Assembly: GCF_018350175.1 (NCBI RefSeq)
Contig: NC_058385.1
Span: 82,708,001-82,772,000, forward strand
Direction: 5' to 3'
DNA length: 64,000 bases
DNA from: Felis catus
Taxonomy: Eukaryota
Every line of letters starts with the position of its first letter. The stretch's first letter is position 1. Of this stretch, positions 47,209 to 63,428 are shown in pieces. The notes under the pieces were generated by a model. It did not search any database. It saw only the letters and a program-made list of their open reading frames with translations, and was not told the DNA's origin. A program made the translations under genes and the position numbers.

Positions 47209-50028
47209 TGTAACATGCCAAAAATCTATGAATACAGCAAAATCAGTTCTAAGAGGGAAGTTCATAGCAGTACAGGCCTACCTCAAGAAGAAAAATCTCA
47301 AACAAACAATCTAACTTTACACCTAAAAGAACTAGAAAAAGAACAAGCAAAGCCTAAAGTTAGTTGAAGGAAGGAAATAATAAAGATAAGAGCAGAAATA
47401 AATAAAGACTAAAAAGAGAATAGAAAAGATTAATGGTTCTTTGAAAAGATAAAAACCTACAAACCTTTAGCTAGACTAACCAAGAAAAAAAAAAAAGATA
47501 GAGGGATCAAATAAAGACAGGCAGAAAGAGAAGTTACAATTGATACCACAGAAATACAAAGAATCGTAAGAAACTACTATGAACAATTAAATGTCAACAA
47601 ATTGGACAACCTAGAAGAAATAGGTAAACTCTTAGAAACATACAATTTTCTAAGACTGAATCAGGAAGAAATAGAAAATCTGGATATACTTATTTCTAGT
47701 AAGGAGATTGAATCAGTAATCAGAAACCTCCCAACAAACAAAAGTCCAAGACTAGATGTTTTTGCTGGTGAATTCTTCCACACCACGCCCCCAACTGGTG
47801 AATTCTATCAAACATAAAAAAAAAAAAAAATTTAATACCTATCCTTCTCAAACTCTTCCAAAGAATTGAAGAAGAGAGAACACTTTGAAACTCCTTTTAC
47901 AAGGCTAGCATTACCCTGATACCAAAAACAGACAAGGACACAACAACAACAACAAAAAAGAAAATTACAGGCCAATATTTTTTTATAATCATAGATACAA
48001 TAATCCTCAATAAAATATCAACAAACTGAATTAAACACTACATTACAAGGATCATACACCATGATTAAGTAGGATTTATTTATTTGTTCAACATCCACAA
48101 ATCAATCAACATGATACACTACATTGACAAAAGGAAGAAGAAAATTCATATGATCATCTCAATACATGTGAAAAATGCATTTGGCAAAATTCAACATCCA
48201 CTTATGATCAAAATTCTCAACAAATTGNNNNNNNNNNNNNNNNNNNNNNNNNNNNNNNNNNNNNNNNNNNNNNNNNNNNNNNNNNNNNNNNNNNNNNNNN
48301 NNNNNNNNNNNNNNNNNNNNNNNNNNNNNNNNNNNNNNNNNNNNNNNNNNNNNNNNNNNNNNNNNNNNNNNNNNNNNNNNNNNNNNNNNNNNNNNNNNNN
48401 AGGCAGGATAAGTAAATAAAAAGCATCTAAATTGGAAATAAAGAGGTAAAAATGTCATTATTTGAAGATGATGTAATACTATATAGAAAACTCTAAATTC
48501 TCCACCAAAAACCTATTAGAACTAGTCAACACATTCAATAAGGTTGTAGGATACAAACTCAATTTACAGAAATCTGTGACATTTCTTTTTTGTGTGTGGT
48601 ATTTCTATATACCAATAATTACCTATAAAAATGTAAATTAAGAAAGCAATCCTACTTACAATTGCATCAAAAAGAATAAAATACCTAGAAATAAGTTTAA
48701 CCAAGGAAGTGAAATCTGAACACTGAAGACTATGAGACACTGATGACAGAAAATTGAAAACANNNNNNNNNNNNNNNNNNNNNNNNNNNNNNNNNNNNNN
48801 NNNNNNNNNNNNNNNNNNNNNNNNNNNNNNNNNNNNNNNNNNNNNNNNNNNNNNNNNNNNNNNNNNNNNNNNNNNNNNNNNNNNNNNNNNNNNNNNNNNN
48901 NNNNNNNNNNNNNNNNNNNNGTAGGANNNNNNNNNNNNNNNNNNNNNNNNNNNNNNNNNNNNNNNNNNNNNNNNNNNNNNNNNNNNNNNNNNNNNNNNNN
49001 NNNNNNNNNNNNNNNNNNNNNNNNNNNNNNNNNNNNNNNNNNNNNNNNNNNNNNNNNNNNNNNNNNNNNNNNNNNNNNNNNNNNNNNNNNNNNNNNNNNN
49101 NNNNNNNNNNNNNNNNNNNNNTATGAAGAAGCCAAGAACATACAATGGAGAAAGGACGATCTCTTCAATAAATGGTGCTGGGAAAACTGGACAGCCGCAT
49201 GCAAAGGAATGAAACTTGACCACTATCTTACACTATACACAAAATTAACTCAAAATGAACTAAAGGCTTGAGTATAAGACCTGAAACCATAAAATTCCTA
49301 GGCGAAAACAAAGGCAGTCAGCTCCTTGACACTGGTCTTAGCAATATATTTGTGGATCTGACTCCAAAGAAAGGGAAACAAAAAGCAAACATAAACAAAT
49401 GGGAAACTAAAAAGCTTCTGCACCGCAAAGGAAACCAGAACCAGAAAGAAAAGGTATCGACTGAACAGAAGATACTTGCAGGTCCTACATCTAATAAGGG
49501 CTTAATATTCAAATATATAAAGAACTCATAAAAAGTAAGGAACTCATACAACTCAACAATTTAAAAAACAACCTGATTTAAAAATGGGCAGAGGATCTGA
49601 ATAGATATTTTTCCAAAGACAAACAGGTGGCCGACGGACACGTGAAAAGACGTCCAACATCGCTAATTATTGGGGAAGTGCAAACCAAAAGCACGATGAG
49701 ACCGACACCGCCTCTCACCTGTTAGAATGGCTAGAAATCACAAGTGTTGGCCAAGATGTGGGAAAAAAGACGACCCTCGCGCACTGTTGGTGGGAGTGGA
49801 AATTGGTGTAGACACTGTGGAAAACAGTATGGAAGTTCCTCAAAAAATTAAGAGTAGAATTGCCGCATGACCCAGCCATTCCACTTCTGGACGCTTTTCT
49901 GAAGAGAACAAAAACAATAATTCAAAAAAGATATCTGCACCCTTATGTGCATAGCAGCATTACTTACAGTCATCAAGATATAGAAACAACCCAAGTGTCC
50001 ATCAGTGGATGAATGGATAAAGAGGATG

Positions 50029-50030
<2 letters not shown>

Positions 50031-50066
<36 letters not shown>
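50031..50066. repeat. (CA)n microsatellite
   Basis: Uninterrupted AC dinucleotide run. Confidence 0.95.
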
Positions 50067-50068
<2 letters not shown>

Positions 50069-51309
50069 CATAGAATATTACTCAGCCAGAAAAAAAGAAT
50101 AAAATCTTGCTATTTTTTGATAACATGGATGGACTTGAGGGTATTATGCCACAGGGCATAAGTTGGGCAGAGAAAGACAAATATATGATTTTACTCCTGT
50201 GGAATCTGAACGAACAAAGCAAAACATAAATTCATAGATACAGAGAACAGACTGATGGTTGGGGGGGGGCGCAAAATGTGTGAATGGATCGATTGTATGG
50301 TGATATTGGTCGTCTTCTGGTGGTGGTCACTTTGTAGTGTATACAGATGTCGAATATAAGATCGTATGCCTGAAATTTCTGTATAATGTTATCTATCCAT
50401 TTTACCTCAAACTTAACAAAAAGACAATTCTTCAAGCTGAAAGGAAGTCACATGAGATGGTCATTGAAGTCCAGTGTCTCGATGCGACCGCGGTGCCAAG
50501 ACTCCCGGCTTGGAGGGCTATGAATTAACACACTGATGTTGTGCCCAGCCGTTGCACTTGAGGCAACGGCAAAGGCGCACGGCCTCCCGGTGGAGGGAAT
50601 CCAGGACCTGTGGCCCAGGCGGGGCTGCCGCACACTCTCCTCCGACAGACGCGGGGCCCCGAGGCTGAATCTTGCGCGGCCCCTCTGGCACAGAAGTAGC
50701 CCCTCCCACCTACCGAGGAGCCCGGTGGTGTCCGCACCTGGGGGTAGATGGGGACACACCGCCCTCCCTGGAAGAAACGAGATCCGGTTATCAGCCCCTG
50801 GAGTCTGGACTGGGCCTTGGGCCTTATTTTGTCCAGAAGAATGCGGTAGAAGTGTCAGCACGCCTGCATCAACCCTTGACCTTGAGAGGCCTGGCAGGGG
50901 CAGGACTTCCAGGAGGGCTGTGGGACCCGCTTACTCTGGATTTTGACCAAAGGGCCAACGGCATTTATCGTAGGAGGTCTCGTAAGTGTTGGTGAGAAGA
51001 GCAGAATGCGTGGCATTTGAGCCAGAACCTCCTCCCTCCCAAGCCCTGTTCCCAATCATGAAAGTTCCATCCTGACAGGGTTTAGCCAAGAACGTGGGGA
51101 CTCCCCTCCCCCGGCGCCCAGCCCTACGTGAGAGGGTCCACACTGGGCAGGACGAGCTGAGGCTACCATCCCCCTAACACACGCTTGTAGACCAGGGGCA
51201 TTTCCTCTGTCCTGCCCCCAGTTCCCCCAGACCCCGCCCAGGACTGACTTTCTTTGGATGTTGAGTGTGGTGCCGTAGGAGTCAATGTTGAGATCTTCGT
51301 GCTGAAAAG

Positions 51310-51730
51310 TTATGAAAAGGCTCCAGCAAATGACCACAAACTCGAAGGCTTAAAACGACACACATTTATTCTCTTACAGTTCTGGAGGCCAGAAGCTCCA
51401 GACGAGTGCTATGGGTTAAAATCGAGGTGCTCGCGGGAATGGTTCCTTCTGGAGGGCCCCGGTGGGGGGGGGGGAGAATTCGTTCCATGCTGTGCGCTTG
51501 GGGCTACATCGCTCCAGTCTCTGTCTCCACACTTTGCCTTCTCTTCTTTGGTGACCAGACTAAAGGGGATACTCGCGATGACACTGAGGGCCCGCCTGGA
51601 TAATCCCCGACAATCTTCCCATCTCAAGATCCTCAACTTAATCTTACCTGCAAGATTCCTTTTGCCACGTGAGGTAACACTCATAGCTTTGGGGGACTGG
51701 GGCCTCGGAGGGTATCCCTCAGCCTAATAC
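51310..51730 (-). mobile_element. MaLR LTR, MLT1-like
   Basis: aaatgaccacaaact...ggcttaaaac...atttattctcttacagttctggaggccagaag...catctcaagatcctcaacttaatc. Confidence 0.8.
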
Positions 51731-52110
51731 ACCGGCTGGACACGAGGCGTCCTCCAGCCGCACGCTGGTCCATCGGCCGTGGATGGCACCTCACCGGCGG
51801 GGGGTCACTTAAGCACAATCTTTGCCCGGTTGGTGGCTGAACCCCAAGCTGTCCTGACCCACATGTGACTTCTAGGAAGCCAGGCTTCAGTATAAGTCCC
51901 GGGTGGTGGGGATCTGAGTAGTGGCATCATAGGCTACGCACTGTGGAGGAATAGACTTCACGGAACTGTCCAGACTAGACATGAAAACTAACAAAATAAT
52001 AATAAACGAAGCCACTGGACAAATAAACTAACAAAACAGCAAGATCAACAATGATTAACCAGTCATAATCCAGAGTCACTATAATGGCTCGTCTAAAATG
52101 TCCAGTTTTC

Positions 52111-52342
52111 AGGGCGCCTGGGTGGCTCGGTTGGTTAAGTATCTGATTCTTGATCCGGGCTCAGGTCATGATCTCACAATTCGTGAGTTCGAGCCCCGCG
52201 TCAGGCTCCGTGCGGACAGTGCGGAAAGTGCTTAGAATTCTGTCTCTCTTTCCCTCTCTCTCTCTCTCTCTGCCCCTACCCCACATGTGCTCTCTGTCCC
52301 TCTCTCTCTCTCAAAATAAATAAGTAAGCTTAAAAAAAAAAA
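52111..52342 (+). mobile_element. Can-SINE with TSD
   Basis: TSD tgtccagttttca on both sides. Confidence 0.92.
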
Positions 52343-52881
52343 TTTAAGTGTCCAGTTTTCAACAGAAAATCATGAACTGTGCAAAGGACCAGGGTGGTTT
52401 GGTAGTTGCCCGGGAGAGATAGGTAACACTAATTGCTTTTTGAAGCCCAGATTTTGCACTTAGCAGAAAAAGACATCACAGCTTTGCTTAGGCAAATGCC
52501 CGTGAGTGGAGTGGCCGGGGGTCAGCGGGTGGTTCTGCACAGCTTTCACTGCTGCTGCTAAACACCCCACCCGTGCAGCAGTGACCCGTGACCCTGGACC
52601 CTCCCACCCAGAGTCCCTCTGCTAGCACCGCCCTCCTGGCTTACCCAGGCTTGCCCTACCTCCCACTGGCTAGTGCTGCACGCTAGGGACCCAAGTTAGA
52701 GCTGATGGCCTGGGGCAACAAGCTCACGACCCTGGACTCACCTATCTTCCCGAGTTCCCCTTCAGTCTAATGGGAAAGTGACAGCCCGTTGAGGGTCCTG
52801 CACACTCCCAGCTGACTATTAGCCCCTCTGAGGGTGGGACACTGTCGGGACGCGTCTGTGCTGTCCTCGGTGTCAGGGTTT

Positions 52882-52998
52882 CTGGCTGTGCCTTTCCCCG
52901 CGGAGGCTGCTGTGCAATGGCGGCCAACAGCAGCCTCCCCGGTAGTGTGTGCAGCCTACTGACTGCACGGGTGGCCCTAAGGGACCGCGGAGACAGCG
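52882..52998 (+). pseudogene. SNORA70: Retroposed, 5'-truncated copy of H/ACA snoRNA SNORA70 (U70)
   Basis: cctttcc...tgtgcaatggc...ACAGCA (H box, 52927-52932)...ggtagtgtgtgcagcct...ctaagggacc...gagACAgcg (ACA box, 52993-52995). Matches SNORA70 as I recall it and lies directly upstream of RPL10 sequence, its host gene. Confidence 0.8.
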
Positions 52999-53044
52999 CT
53001 TCCAGTGGAGATTGATGTCTGATCACATGCTTTCTCCAATCTAG

Positions 53045-53457
53045 GCTGCAGACAGGTATGCGGGGTGTCTTTGGAAAGCCCCAGGGCACAGTGGCCGGGG
53101 GTGCGCACTGGCCAAGTCGTCGTGTCCATCCGTACCAAGCTGCGGAACAAGGGGCCTGTGACGGAGGCCCCGCGCAGGGCCAAGTTCAAGTTCCCTGGCC
53201 GCCAGGAGATCCACATCTCCAAGAAGTGGGGCTTTACTGAGTTTAATGCGGACGAATCTGAAGACATGATGGCTGAAAAGCCGTTCATCCCAGATGGCTA
53301 TGGGGTCAAATACATCCCTCATCACGGCCCCTTGGACAAATGGCGGACTCTGCACTCACGAGAACTTCAGACTGCCCGTCCCCATTCATGCCCACCAATA
53401 AATCCTGCTTCCTGCCTGAATAAACAAAAAGCAAACCGAAAAAAAAACCCCAAAAAG
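53045..53457 (+). pseudogene. RPL10: RPL10 partial processed pseudogene (last two exons, 3' UTR, decayed poly-A)
   Basis: [17 protein letters not shown] / [11 protein letters not shown]...[19 protein letters not shown]...[11 protein letters not shown]; frameshift in the G run near 53100; stop codon mutated; AATAAA at 53397; A-rich tail. Confidence 0.93.
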
Positions 53458-53648
53458 CATAAGGGAAACGTGTTAGAGAAATATTTCGGGAAGACAATTC
53501 ACGACATTATGTTGATCTTCTTTGTTTTGTGATGTTTGTGCTTTTGGTGAACTCTAAAAATTTACGTTACGTGTTAGGGTTTCTCTTGTCACTCTGTTCA
53601 CTTAATTTCGCGTATATGATTTTGTCTTCTATTTGTTGAAAACAGCAC

Positions 53649-54180
53649 TATGCAGGAAAGAGTTAACACGGCGGGGCTGAGACGGCTCTCCTTCGGAAGA
53701 TGTGCTCACAGGGTTAGCTGGTGTCTGGGAGCTTCAGTTTCTGGAAGGTTCCTGCCGTTCCCTAAGAGTGGCCCATTGAGCCTAAACTCAACAAATAAAT
53801 ATGGCTTATGCGGAACTCCTGACTTCCTCCTAGGCATGAGAAATCGGGGTTTGTGCCAGGCAGAGGGCGCCAACATGACCAGCCCTCTGTGAACACCCTG
53901 GGTGCTGAGTCTCCGGTGAGCATCCCAGTGGACAGCATTCCACACATGCTGTCACCGCCTGCTGCTGTGGGAATTGGGAGTGTGCCCTGCGGGGTCTCTG
54001 GGAGAGGGTTCTGGAAGCTGTGCTTGTTTCCCTGATTTTGCCACATGTTCCTTTGCTGATGCTGATTACCACCCGTTCTCTGGAATAAAGCTCAGCCACA
54101 AGTTCAACAGTCTGTGCCAAATTCTACAAGTCCTCCAAGCAAATCACTGAATCCAGGAGTGGTCCGGAATGCCCGACACA
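53649..54180 (+). mobile_element. Solo ERVL LTR, MER68-like
   Basis: Begins tatgcaggaaagagttaaca...ctgagac, has an internal aataaa, ends cccgacaca. Confidence 0.7.
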
Positions 54181-54779
54181 GCTCCCAAATTTGTACAAGT
54201 GTGAGGCCCTCCAAACCTGGATCTACCTGTGTTTACAACACACGGTCAGAGAATCCAGGGGGGCAGGAATGGCCCCCTAAACTGGAGACGCTGCCAGGCT
54301 GGAAGCAGGGGTGGAGGGGACGCTTCCACTGAAGGACAATAAGGGTTCCACTGACCTGGAGGGAAGAGCCATCACCCAGCCACTTTGAGCTCGGGGCTCT
54401 GCAGGCCAGGACCAACATTATTCTGCTTGTCCTGGGTGTGCAACTGGGGCAGGACACATGCGGGGACCCCTGTAGGGTTTCCACCTGTGTCAATGGACAA
54501 CTACTGCAATCTTGACCCAGCAAGGACGGGGACAATCCGAGCTCAAACCGCTGAGAGAAAAAGGCTGGATCAAACCACCAGTAACCAGCTGGATCCGGCC
54601 GAAGAACTGACGGCAGGGAGACTGTGGGTGGGGGGTTGCGGAGGACGATGGCCATCATAGCCTTAGACCAGGGACAGTGGCAGGGCCGTGGCCGACTCAC
54701 AGCTTTTGTGCTGTACTCAGCTCAGAGACCACCACCTCGGAGGGGACGCTGTGCTTGCAGGACTTGGGCTCCTGCTATT

Positions 54780-55280
54780 ACACTGTGTCCATTCTGCCCG
54801 CTTTTCTCGGGACATGACGTTAATCCTGCTTCTATTGAGGGGCAGGGTCCGTGTCCCTCCCCTTGTGCCTGGGCAAGACCTTTGTGACCACCTTGACCCA
54901 TGCAGTCTGGTGGGAATAACACTACGTGACTTCTGGGGCTAGGTCTTAAAACACCACGTGTCCACCTTGTCTTTTGAGGTCACCGTAGAACCCAGGCGCC
55001 ATGCTTCCAGGAAGCATGGGGTGCATGGAGAGGCTGTGGGTAGGTATGCTGTCTCACAGGCCCAGATGAGGCCCTGGCCAACAGCCAGCAACAACCACGA
55101 AAGATGCGAGAGAGGAAGCCCTCAAGACCACACCTGTCAGTGTCCACGGGGACCACAGGCAGGAAAGATCCCCAGTGCAAACCACCTAGATGAGCCCAGG
55201 CAATCCTCTGGATTGCACGGTCTGATAATATAATTTTTTGTTATTTGAAGTCACTAAGGTTATGCAGCAAGAGATAAACA
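54780..55280 (+). mobile_element. MaLR LTR, MLT1F/H-like
   Basis: gaggccctggccaacagccagca...ttgttatttgaagtcactaag...ttatgcagcaagagataa. Confidence 0.55.
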
Positions 55281-56329
55281 GACATGCAAACTCCACGCAA
55301 CCCCTTTTGGAAAGGGTGAGGGTATCTTCATCCTCAGAGGAAAAAGGTGGCCCGTTTTCCGGCTTTGCGGGAGCTGGATGTAAACGGAGGGCATTCTGGG
55401 AGCGGGGCCTGTGCACCTTCCTCCTAGCACCTCCTCTCAGTGTGTGGCAACCCTTTCAGCTCATCTTCCCACTTTCCAAGTTGGAGCACGGGCTCTGGCT
55501 TCCTAAGCACTGTAGAGGAGCTGAGTCATGCCGCTGGAAGGGGGGGACACAAGCCTCCTGCTGGGGACCTTGACCACTGGGAAACAGAGACACCTGGAGT
55601 AGGAGGTACCTGGGGAGGAAAACCCCTCATATCTCCCCCCTATAGACACACTGGCAGTTCCCTCCTGTGGGATTGCCACCAGGTGCTGGAATACACCAAG
55701 TCAGGATAGGGGAAAGAGAGGTGAAGTCAGTAACACTCAGGACTGGCAAGGATTATGTAAAAATGTAACAGTTACTCTTGGTGGGAAGAGAGGGGAAAAA
55801 GGAACTCTCGCGTTTACTCTTCATTCAGAGAATCCGCATTGTGGGATTCTATCCGCATTGCCTAAGCCCCTCGACAGGCACCCACTGCCCACGTGGGGCA
55901 GTAGCGGGGATACATCCTGGCAATCAAAAATTAATTAATGAGAGTTCCACAAGATTGCGTGGATTTCATAAGGTGTTGAGTGAAAAACAGAAAAGTGCGT
56001 ATGAAAGAATCCCATTAAATAGTAATAACCACCACAGATCCAAATGCTACATGACTGTACAACGGCGTGTATCTGTGCTTGATTCACATGTGATCACATT
56101 TGAGTGTGGAGAAAAACCTGGAAAGAACTATTTATTACGGTAAGGAAGAGGGTGTGGGGGCAGAGGGGATGCGGACAGAAAGAACTCGGCCAACATGGAA
56201 AAGAAAATCTTAAACGCTCAATCAAAGGAGTATGAGCCTGTGTGTGTACCGTACAGATTATGTGTCAATTTTTTTTTAATGTACAAATGTAAAACCTAAA
56301 CGGTAAGAAAACGCAAAGCGTGTCTCGGC

Positions 56330-56918
56330 TTGGGTGAACGCATGCCTTTACGGCTGCGGAAGAGCAAGAAAACCAGCGCTGACGGGACGCCGCATCCTGC
56401 AGCAGGCGCTGCGCTCTCCCGCCCAACCTCCGAGGAGCCTCCGCGGCCAGGGACTAGCAGGCAGGGCGCAGGCGCGGTCCCCGAAGGTGGGGTGGAGGAG
56501 TGGCCGGGCGCGGCAGGTCCCGGCTCCCGGGGACCTGGTGTAGGCGCGTGCGGGAAAGTCCGGGGAGGTCTCGGGCGGGGGGGGGGGGGCGGTGAGCGTT
56601 AAAACCGCCCCCGCGACAAACCCGAAGGGGCGCGGCCGGGGGATCCTGCTCCCTGCCGGTCTCCACCTCTGGCAGCCGTGGGACAGCGCCCCAAAACGCC
56701 CGCGGGCGCAGCGCTCTTGCCCGCGGTCAGCACCGCCCAAGACTCCCGCGGGCGGAAGCAGGGCAAGCGGGGCCGCACGGCACCCTAGTGCTCCGAGGCC
56801 GGAAGTGGGGCGTTCGGCCGCCGGAAACCGCAGGCCGCCGGGAGGTCGGAAGTGAGGGTCAGAGCCGCCGGGAACTGTAGTTTTGCCGGGGGCGGAAGCG
56901 TGGTAGCGGCCGGGCGAC
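56330..56918 (+). promoter_or_regulatory. EXOSC4 CpG-island promoter
   Basis: ETS-type CGGAAGTG near 56800 and 56847; GGGAACTGTAGTTT (ACTACA/ZNF143-associated motif) at 56870-56883. Confidence 0.75.
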
Positions 56919-58966
56919 ATGGCGGGCCTGGAGCTGCTGTCGGATCAGGGCTACCGGGTAGACGGACGGCGCGCCGGGGAGCTGCGCAAGATCCAGGCGC
57001 GGATGGGCGTGTTCGCGCAGGCCGACGGCTCGGCCTACATCGAGCAAGGCAACACCAAGGCGCTGGCGGTGGTCTACGGGCCGCACGAGGCGAGTGGGCG
57101 TGCGCGAGCTGGGCGGGGTGCGCGGGGCCTCCAGGCTGAGCTGAAGATGCCGAGGCGACAGCCGTCGCGCGCCGCGTCCACCCAGCCCATCTTCAGGGCC
57201 GCCGCCGCTCGCTCGGCTCCAGAGCCAAAGTCCTGGCAGCGTGGTGCACCGTGGTCCCCGCCTTTCTCACCGGCCTCTCTCCCCTCCGCCCTGCCCTCCT
57301 CTTTGCTCTTCCTCAAAGCGCCCCCGGCTCTCCCGCGTTCGCGTCCTCTCTCTGCTCTCTACTCTGACGTCATCCCCCGGGTGACGCCTCCCCAGACCGC
57401 CTTCCTCACGTGGCAAGCCCCCTCCCCTACAACCACACACTTCCCTGCCTTTCGGTCACTTCAGACGGCAGTCTAACTCCGTGAGGACAGGGACTTTATT
57501 TTTATTTTTTAAAACATTTTTTTTTAACGTTTATTTATTTTTGAGACAGAGAGACAGAGCATGGACGGGGGAGGGGCAGAGAGAGAGGGAGACAGAATCG
57601 GAAGCAGGCTCCAGGCTCTGAGCCATGAGCCCAGAGCCCGACGCAGGGCTCGAACTCAACGGACCGCGAGATCGTGACCTGAGCTGAAGTCGGACGCTTA
57701 ACCGACTGAGCCACCCAGGCGCCCCGAAGGGACTTTAAATAAAATCCTGATTTTTTATTGCCTTGTCTCCGTTGCTGGAGAAGGGAAGACCACTGGGGTG
57801 GAAGCAAACACAGCACGTCCGCAGAGTGGAAAGGCTGCTGGTGGGAGGTGGGGGATTGCTCAAAGTGAGATTGAGGGCTTTCTAGGAAGGTGAGAACTCA
57901 CCGCTTCGCAGACCAGGGAAAGTATTTATGATTTTGTGTCACACGTGATGGGGAAGCTTTGGGAAGGCAGTACCATATGTGAGCGTGTAGAGGAGACAAA
58001 GTCAGACTTGATACTTGTGAATATACCGGCCCTGGCTACAAATGGAGAATGGGCTGGGAGGGGATGAGGCGAGGATGGAAACGGGGAGACCTGAGGGGGG
58101 ATGATGGCTTAGAGATGGGCCAAGTGGCCCTCCTGTGGGGCGTTTGAAGGTAAAGTGGCTGTGTTGTTGAGATGTTGGAAGAAGGAGGAGGGGTGGGAAG
58201 GAGCCTGAGGTCCGGGGCCTGAGCTAGAGGAAGGTGTAGTGCGAGCTGGCAGGAGTGAGGCTGGCTCATGTGTCCTTCCTCCCCTAGATCCGGGGCTCCC
58301 GGGCACGAGCCCTGCCTGACAGGGCCCTGGTGAACTGTCAGTATAGTTCTGCGACCTTCAGTACAGGCGAACGCAAGCGGCGACCACATGGGGACCGTAA
58401 GTCTTGTGAGATGGGCCTGCAGCTGCGTCAGACCTTCGAGGCGGCCATCCTTACACAGCTGCACCCACGCTCCCAGATCGATATCTATGTGCAGGTGAGC
58501 AGGCAGCAGCTATCCGCCTGGGGAGGGAGAGGGATGGGGTGGGGGTTGGGAGTCCGAGGTCAAGAGCCTGATACACTGATGCCGCTGGTGGGCGCGGTTC
58601 CTGCAGGTGCTGCAGGCCGACGGTGGGACCTACGCAGCTTGCGTGAACGCAGCCACGCTGGCAGTGCTGGACGCCGGGATACCCATGCGGGACTTCGTGT
58701 GCGCCTGCTCGGCTGGCTTTGTGGACAGCACGGCCCTGGCGGACCTCAGCCACGTGGAGGAGGCAGCTGGTGGCCCCCAGCTTGCCCTGGCCCTGCTGCC
58801 TGCCTCAGGCCAGCTTGCACTGCTTGAAATGGACGCCAGGCTGCACGAAGACCACCTGGAGCAGGTGCTGGAGGCTGCTGCCCGGGCTGCCCGTGACGTG
58901 CACACCCTGCTGGACCGTGTGGTTCGGCAGCATGTACGGGAGGCCTCCATTTTGCTAGGGGACTGA
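56919..58966 (+). CDS. EXOSC4: Exosome complex component RRP41, 3 exons, 245 aa
   Basis: Exons 56919-57089, 58288-58494, 58607-58966; MAGLELLSDQGYRVDGRR...ASILLGD; intron 1 donor GCGAGT; AATAAA at 58989-58994. Confidence 0.97.
57495..57725 (-). mobile_element. Young Can-SINE in EXOSC4 intron 1
   Basis: Consensus-like; TSD agggacttta. Confidence 0.94.
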
Positions 58967-60019
58967 GCGTCTGGCCGCCCGGGCCCGGAATAAAACTCAC
59001 ACACAGTGCGCTGTACTTTGATCGCCCCATAGCACTTCCACACCCTCCCAGCCTGGCTTGGTACTTGCTCCGGGGGTGGGGGGGTGGGGGGGAAAAGGGA
59101 CCATCTCCCACACATGAAATACATACTTCCTGCAACCTCAAGATTCAAACCCTGAAGAAGAAGGTGGGGGGAGTGTGTCCGTGGATGAAGAGCAATTGTG
59201 CCAGGCAGGGTTCAAGGCAGCTGAGCATGGCCTGTAATGGCCAAGCCAATAGACTCTGGAGTCTGTTTTCACACCTGCACATCCGAGGCCCTGAGTTCAA
59301 CAAGGGCTGAGGGAGAATTCAAGCTGGCTCTGGGAACCCACCACGGAGATGTGGGGGCCGTGTCTCACATCGTCTTGACTATGGCTTGGACTGAATGGCC
59401 CCTTTCAACCTAGGAGCCCTTTGGGCCTACTTAGTCTCAGGCTCCAAGAGCACAATAGATACATGTTGTCTAACGGGGTCTTCTCTACACACACACACAT
59501 GCATGTGCGCACCTGCCTGAGCACTGAACACCAGCCCCTGCAGCTCTCCCCCAGGGGCTGCTTCTCCCCTAATGTCTCTGGCATCTCTTGATCTGAATAG
59601 GAGTGCCCCCCACTTTCTCCTCCACGTGTCCCAGCTCCTTTGAAACCCATTTTGGCCAACGGTACTATCTGCACCTTCCTCCCTGTGGTCATCTGGTCCT
59701 GATGACCTCGGTGCTGGACTCACACTGATTTCACTTCTGCGTTCACCGCCATTTTTGACCGACATCCACAGAAACGAATCAGCCAATGCCTTGGCTTCGC
59801 GGTCCACGGAAGCCCTCTTCCTGTCTACCCACCCCAGACATTCGGACCTGTCACTGCCAGCAGCCTCCGTGCTCTGCGGTTTTCCTCCCTACCGCCCTAT
59901 TCATCCCCTCTCTGGTTCTCCAAATCGGAGCTTTCTCGCTACCCCCGGCCAGCAGCCAGCGGTCTCCACTGCTTTGCTCTCGCGTGGTATACACCTCCTG
60001 CCACTTCCCCTGGAGACCG

Positions 60020-60193
60020 CTCTCCGGCCCGCCCGAGTACCAATTCCGTTCCGCGCATGCGCGGCGGCGCGTTGGCCTTCGGGAGCGGAAGTGCGTGCGG
60101 GCGCGCCGGTTCCCGTCGGGCAGGCGCGAGGCGCCGGTCCCCGGGGCTGCAGCCGGCCGGGGGAGCGCGGTCCCGGAGCCGCCCCTCCCGGCC
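60020..60193 (+). promoter_or_regulatory. GPAA1 CpG-island promoter
   Basis: NRF1-type palindrome CCGCGCATGCGCGG at 60051-60064; ETS GCGGAAGTG at 60085-60093. Confidence 0.75.

Positions 60194-63428
<3,235 letters not shown>

Larger units (their letters stand above)
44076..50419 (+). mobile_element. Near full-length, degenerate carnivore LINE-1 with TSD and nested SINEs
   Basis: 5' UTR; ORF1 remnants at about 44960-46280; ORF2 remnants ([51 protein letters not shown]); 3' UTR; TSD aaagaaagttcttca 44061-44075 / aaagacaattcttca 50420-50434. Confidence 0.88.

Noticed and set aside
53065-53532. 155-aa ORF with ribosomal protein similarity
   Set aside because: Frameshifted, 5'-truncated RPL10 retrocopy reading through a mutated stop into its A tail.
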